This document shows positions 34,076 to 37,835 of a DNA stretch of 37,835 nucleotides, one piece after another (within the stretch, counting starts at the first letter, position 1; the number at the start of each line of letters is the position of its first letter). This DNA comes from Octopus bimaculoides (lineage: Eukaryota), in the NCBI RefSeq assembly GCF_001194135.2, contig NC_068981.1, forward strand, positions 107,277,474 to 107,315,308. The letters are read 5' to 3'. Under the pieces are notes generated by a model. It was not told where the DNA came from and searched no databases. It saw nothing but the letters and a program-made list of their open reading frames with translations. A program made the position numbers and the translations under genes.

Positions 34076-34495
34076 ACAAGTAAAGTTAATTGCCACATCA
34101 ATATGGTTGTTCAATGTTACTACTGTTTTAACCCCAGGCAGATCTTCAGGTGCAGATCTTATAGGTGCAGCCTGCACCCTGTATATACTGCAAGCAGGGA
34201 AGCAAACCCCTACCACCCTCCAGCAGACAACAGGTTTGCAACACTGACTCAGTTTTGAGCTAGTTTTGCTCATCCTCAGTAGTGAACACTTGGTCACTAG
34301 AGAGATGGCCAGAATCCACTCCAGTAAGCAATATATAGAAAACATAGTGACATCAGTCACTGATTTGCAAAAAGCAAAGTAGCTAGTTGTAAAATCTCAA
34401 TAAGAGATGAGAGTTGTAACTATTCTAACAAGTAAAGTTAATTGCCACATCAACATGGCTGTTCAATGTTACTACTGTTTTGATACCCGGCAGAT
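34076..34495 (+). repeat. ~70-bp direct repeats 352 bp apart
   Basis: acaagtaaagttaattgccacatcaa.atgg.tgttcaatgttactactgtttt...ggcagat at 34076 and 34428. Confidence 0.9.
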
Positions 34496-34857
34496 ATAAT
34501 ATACATACAACATTACTACTTTACAAAGAAAAAGAAATATTGAAGCCATGAGTCATGATTTGTGATATATTTCCACAACTGATATCTGAAATCATCAGAT
34601 AGTGTGTTATGTGGAAAGCTGTAACTTTCTTTAGTTGATAGTGTTCTAGGTACCTGAGTAACATAAAATCCTCATTACAATCTTCTACTGTTTGCTCTGT
34701 AGAGCTCCATACCATTATCTAACCAGATGGATTTATGTGTATACATATAGACAATATAACATATACACATACAGAGAGCTTTTAAATTAATTTAAACTGA
34801 TTATGTTTTGCAGATATGTAATCATACATGTAATGATGTTTATCCTAAAGAAACATG

Positions 34858-35130
34858 AAGGCACGTGGCTTAGTGGTGATGGTGTCAGACTCATAATCGC
34901 AAGATTGTAGTTTCAGTTCTCCGACTGGTTGATGTGTTGTGTTCTTGAGCAAAAACTTTCCATTTCATGTTGTTTCAGTCCACTCAGCTGGCAAAAACGA
35001 ATATTCCTGTGGTGGACCAGTATCCCATCCAGTGGGGTGGGGGGATACTTGTATATATGCCACCAAAACCAGCAAACTGGCCCTGTGAGTCAATATGATT
35101 TAGGAAGGATCTTTATCCTTTTATCCTAAT
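34858..35130 (+). mobile_element. tRNA-derived SINE, near full length
   Basis: A-box TGGCTTAGTGG (34866), a degenerate B-box (~34910) and the core gtgttcttgagcaaaa..catttcatgttg.tcagtccactcagctggcaaaa. Confidence 0.78.
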
Positions 35131-35432
35131 GAAACAGTTGCTGACTATAAAATATGAATTATATGTGAAATTTCTGCTTTTACTCTATATAAGACAAATA
35201 AGAAGAAAGATAAAAATATATGTTGTGTAACTGTTGAACACAATCTCTTGATTACTGCTCAAGTACATTATCATTATTCTGATTATTCTCCAATCTGTAG
35301 TCACACAAGCAAAGAGACACTCTATTACAACACTAATCCCACTACATTGAATACAAATGAAGAACATCTGACTTCATTTCGTTTTTGTATTTGGTCTGGA
35401 AGATTCTTTATGTGAATTTGTGAAGCATATTT

Positions 35433-35695
35433 TATTGTGTCTAGAGAGAGTCATTCTCTTTTAGTGCCTTATTAATTTAACACACTCACCGATTTCCACT
35501 CACTTGCTTATTTACTTTTACTAAAATTTTTGTTGCAACTTGCAACCTTTTTAATAGACAACAGGATTGCAAAATCAAAGCAAGTCGCAACAAAAATTTT
35601 AGTAAAAATAAATAAATAAATAATGTAAACAAGTGGAAATCGGTGTGTTAATTTGATAAGGCACTAAAAGAGAATGACTCTCCCCAGACACAATA
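35433..35695. mobile_element. Foldback/MITE palindrome with ~110-bp arms
   Basis: tattgtgtct.g.gagagtcattctcttttagtgccttat.aa.ttaacacac..cgatttccact...tactaaaatttttgttgc.acttgc is present on both strands around a ~35-nt spacer. Confidence 0.9.
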
Positions 35696-35823
35696 TTCTA
35701 TTTATAGTCCTTTCCGACTAAATATTTTTATGAGACATTTATTTATCAAGGAATTTTAAAGCATTTAAAAAATGGATAACAAATATAGCAAAGATCAAAT
35801 AAATAAATTTCAATGAATCTTAC

Positions 35824-35901
35824 CAGCTGTTTTTATGCTGTTATTGATTTTGACAGATTTTACAACAGTTATTGGTGGTGCTGTTGAATTTTCTAGTGAT
35901 C
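35824..35901 (-). CDS. CACNA2D: alpha2delta exon
   Basis: ctctctag| ... |gtaaga, phase 1-1. GSLENSTAPPITVVKSVKINNSIKTA(V), comparable to IMVSKAVEI...KPAVVG. Confidence 0.9.
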
Positions 35902-36384
35902 CTAGAGAGTAAGAAAATATGAAAATCCACGAGAATTACATTTAATCTAAGTTTTTATAAGATACTTATTTCCTAATTAATTCATAAGATATGAAAAGTA
36001 AATTATTTGTAAATACAAATTTAAGAATTTAGTGAACAACCAAATGAAACAAAGTACCCTACAGAAATGGAGAAATAGCTACATGTGGAATATTCCATTT
36101 ATGATATAAATTTAAATAGAATACAAGCATTTGGGAAATAAATAATACTCATTTCTTTCTTTCTGAAAAGTTTTGAACTTTATCCTTATGTTGAGAAAGC
36201 CATGAGAAATCCCTCTCAACAACACAATCCATTCATAGAAAGCTATGGTTAGAAACATAATTTTGAGAAAAATAATTTCAATAAGTTTCTTTAACAATCC
36301 CTGTTTAATGAATATCTATGACTGTTCATATCAAAACCAATAAATATTTATTTATCTCACACAAATATAGAATCATATAAAATG

Positions 36385-36540
36385 AACACAGGCATAAATA
36401 TGTGTTTGCTTCCCAACTGCATAGCTTTATATCTGATCTCCCACAGCATGCCACTTTGAGCAAGTGTCTTTTATAGCTCTAAAGTTGACCAAAGCCTTGT
36501 AAATAAAATTTAGCAAACAGAGACTGTGTAGAATACAAAT
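36385..36540 (+). mobile_element. tRNA-derived SINE fragment, same family as 8800-9100
   Basis: ccactttgagcaagtgtcttttatagctct..gaccaaagccttgtaaat. Confidence 0.65.
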
Positions 36541-37173
36541 GGAAGGACTGTGAAAGTGTGAAACCTAATATGCTACCCAGTTTAACAACCTGGGTGCCTT
36601 TATCAAAGTCACTCTATTGCAAGTATTTGGGCCAGGTGTCTGGTTTGTGGTTAACTTTATCCCAACTTCCAACCAGTTTTGAAGACTCAGAAAAAAAGTC
36701 AGGAGCACTGCCTTTTCTCTTCTGATGAAGCCATTAAAAACTTCTTTCCTTATCAGTAAAGGCATAAAGTGAAATAAAATCAATTTGATATTAAGATCAG
36801 ATTGTAGATTTGATTTTCCCCCTCAACATATTACAACTCTATTGAAACAATAGCATCAAGGCTGAAACATATAAAAGAATAAAATAATTTTTAAAAAAGA
36901 CTTTAGGCCAAGCCCATTTTGTTTACATATTAGTATTAAATTGACAGATTTCTTTTGCATACAGCCTTATCATCTGATCCAACTATATCATTGAGTTTTT
37001 CACTTCTACTCCATGACCTTCACAACCAACTCAAAGAACCATAATTTTTACATTTGCTTTTTCCATGATGTCACTCTCCAATTGCTCCCCAAAACATATA
37101 TTGCAAAATAAATATCAAGAAAAATTAGAGAATTAATTCAATTTCAAAGTAATTGCTAATGAAAATAACAAAC

Positions 37174-37277
37174 CTTTTCTATATGGTGCTGTATAAACGA
37201 AGTAATCAACCTGCATTGCTCGTTGGTAATAATCAGCTTTCCAAACATCTCGCCACATAACATAGCGATCTTTCTCA
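37174..37277 (-). CDS. CACNA2D: Voltage-gated calcium channel alpha2delta subunit, exon (first in window)
   Basis: tttccag| ... |gtttgt. Translates EKDRYVMWRDVWKADYYQRAMQVDYFVYTAPYRK, comparable to vertebrate FYKRSLDNDNYVFTAPYF. The paralog subtype cannot be assigned. Confidence 0.92.
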
Positions 37278-37527
37278 CTGGAAATAATGTTGGGAGATAA
37301 TAAAACATGCTAGACATAAAAATGTTCAACTTTGCATTTAAAGTATAAAGAAATAATTGAAAATGGTCTAAACAGGGATCATATTTGTTTAACAAAAAGA
37401 TTCCATACAAGCCAAAATTATAGCAAGCATGACCACTAATAGAGGAATATAGTTTGTAATTGTAACTTCATGAATACTCTTTTGCTATTTTTTAAAACTA
37501 AAATCAAATTGTAATTTGGAATTTAAA

Positions 37528-37835
37528 ATCTGAAATCGAAATCGAACCGAATCTGATGACTGGCACCCATGCCAACCTCTCTTTCATTGGACACTAAACA
37601 CTGCTTGCGAAGACCTGTTGGGGCAAGTGAAATCGTAATTGAACCATACTCGATGACTGGCACCTGCGCCAGTGGAGCGCTAACAGCACTGTCCAAGTGT
37701 GTTCATTGCCAGAGCAGCTGTCTGGCTTCCGTGCTAGTGGCCCATAAATAGCACCATTTGAGCGTAATCGTTACCAGCATTGCCTTCTAGCACTTGTGCT
37801 GGTGGCACGTTAGAAAATCATTCGAGCAAGGTCGT
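37528..37835 (+). mobile_element. Internal part of the long RTE-tailed retroposon family, running off the window end
   Basis: Units gatgactggcacc and gtgctggtggcacgt...attcgagc resemble positions 1-60. Confidence 0.7.

Noticed and set aside
36565-37410. ORF-track entries 36565-36783 and 37156-37410
   Set aside because: The first has no homology or usable splice context. The second is an alternative frame over the real alpha2delta exon 37174-37277.
1-37835. Prokaryotic-type systems (CRISPR arrays, operons, defence islands), rRNA or tRNA genes
   Set aside because: None seen. The DNA is spliceosomal-intron eukaryotic sequence, and tRNA-like boxes occur only as degenerate SINE heads.

Overview
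This is AT-rich, repeat-dense eukaryotic DNA. The repeat families and microsatellites point to an octopus/cephalopod genome; that assignment is inference. There are no prokaryotic features. Two intron-containing genes converge tail-to-tail. (1) On +, the last two coding exons of glutathione synthetase (GSS; 4280-4466 and 5260-5383). (2) On -, the last 12 coding exons of a voltage-gated Ca-channel alpha2delta subunit (CACNA2D family; 37277 down to the stop at 15231). I assembled these by hand into one continuous 340-aa frame with GT-AG introns, including two microexons (27 and 29 nt) and a GPI-signal-like C-terminus. The ORF track misses most of these exons. Introns and the ~10 kb between the two stop codons contain tRNA-derived and RTE-tailed SINEs, RTE LINE remnants, two adjacent hAT transposase fossils, piggyBac-type and mariner-type MITEs, a Helitron-like element and several long palindromes. 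I see no clearly new protein system. The best leads are a 126-nt hairpin resembling a pre-miRNA or MADE-type element (9893-10018), a candidate alternative terminal exon for alpha2delta (13999-14157), repeated SINE insertion at one target site (27129-27591), and hairpins that could be ADAR substrates.
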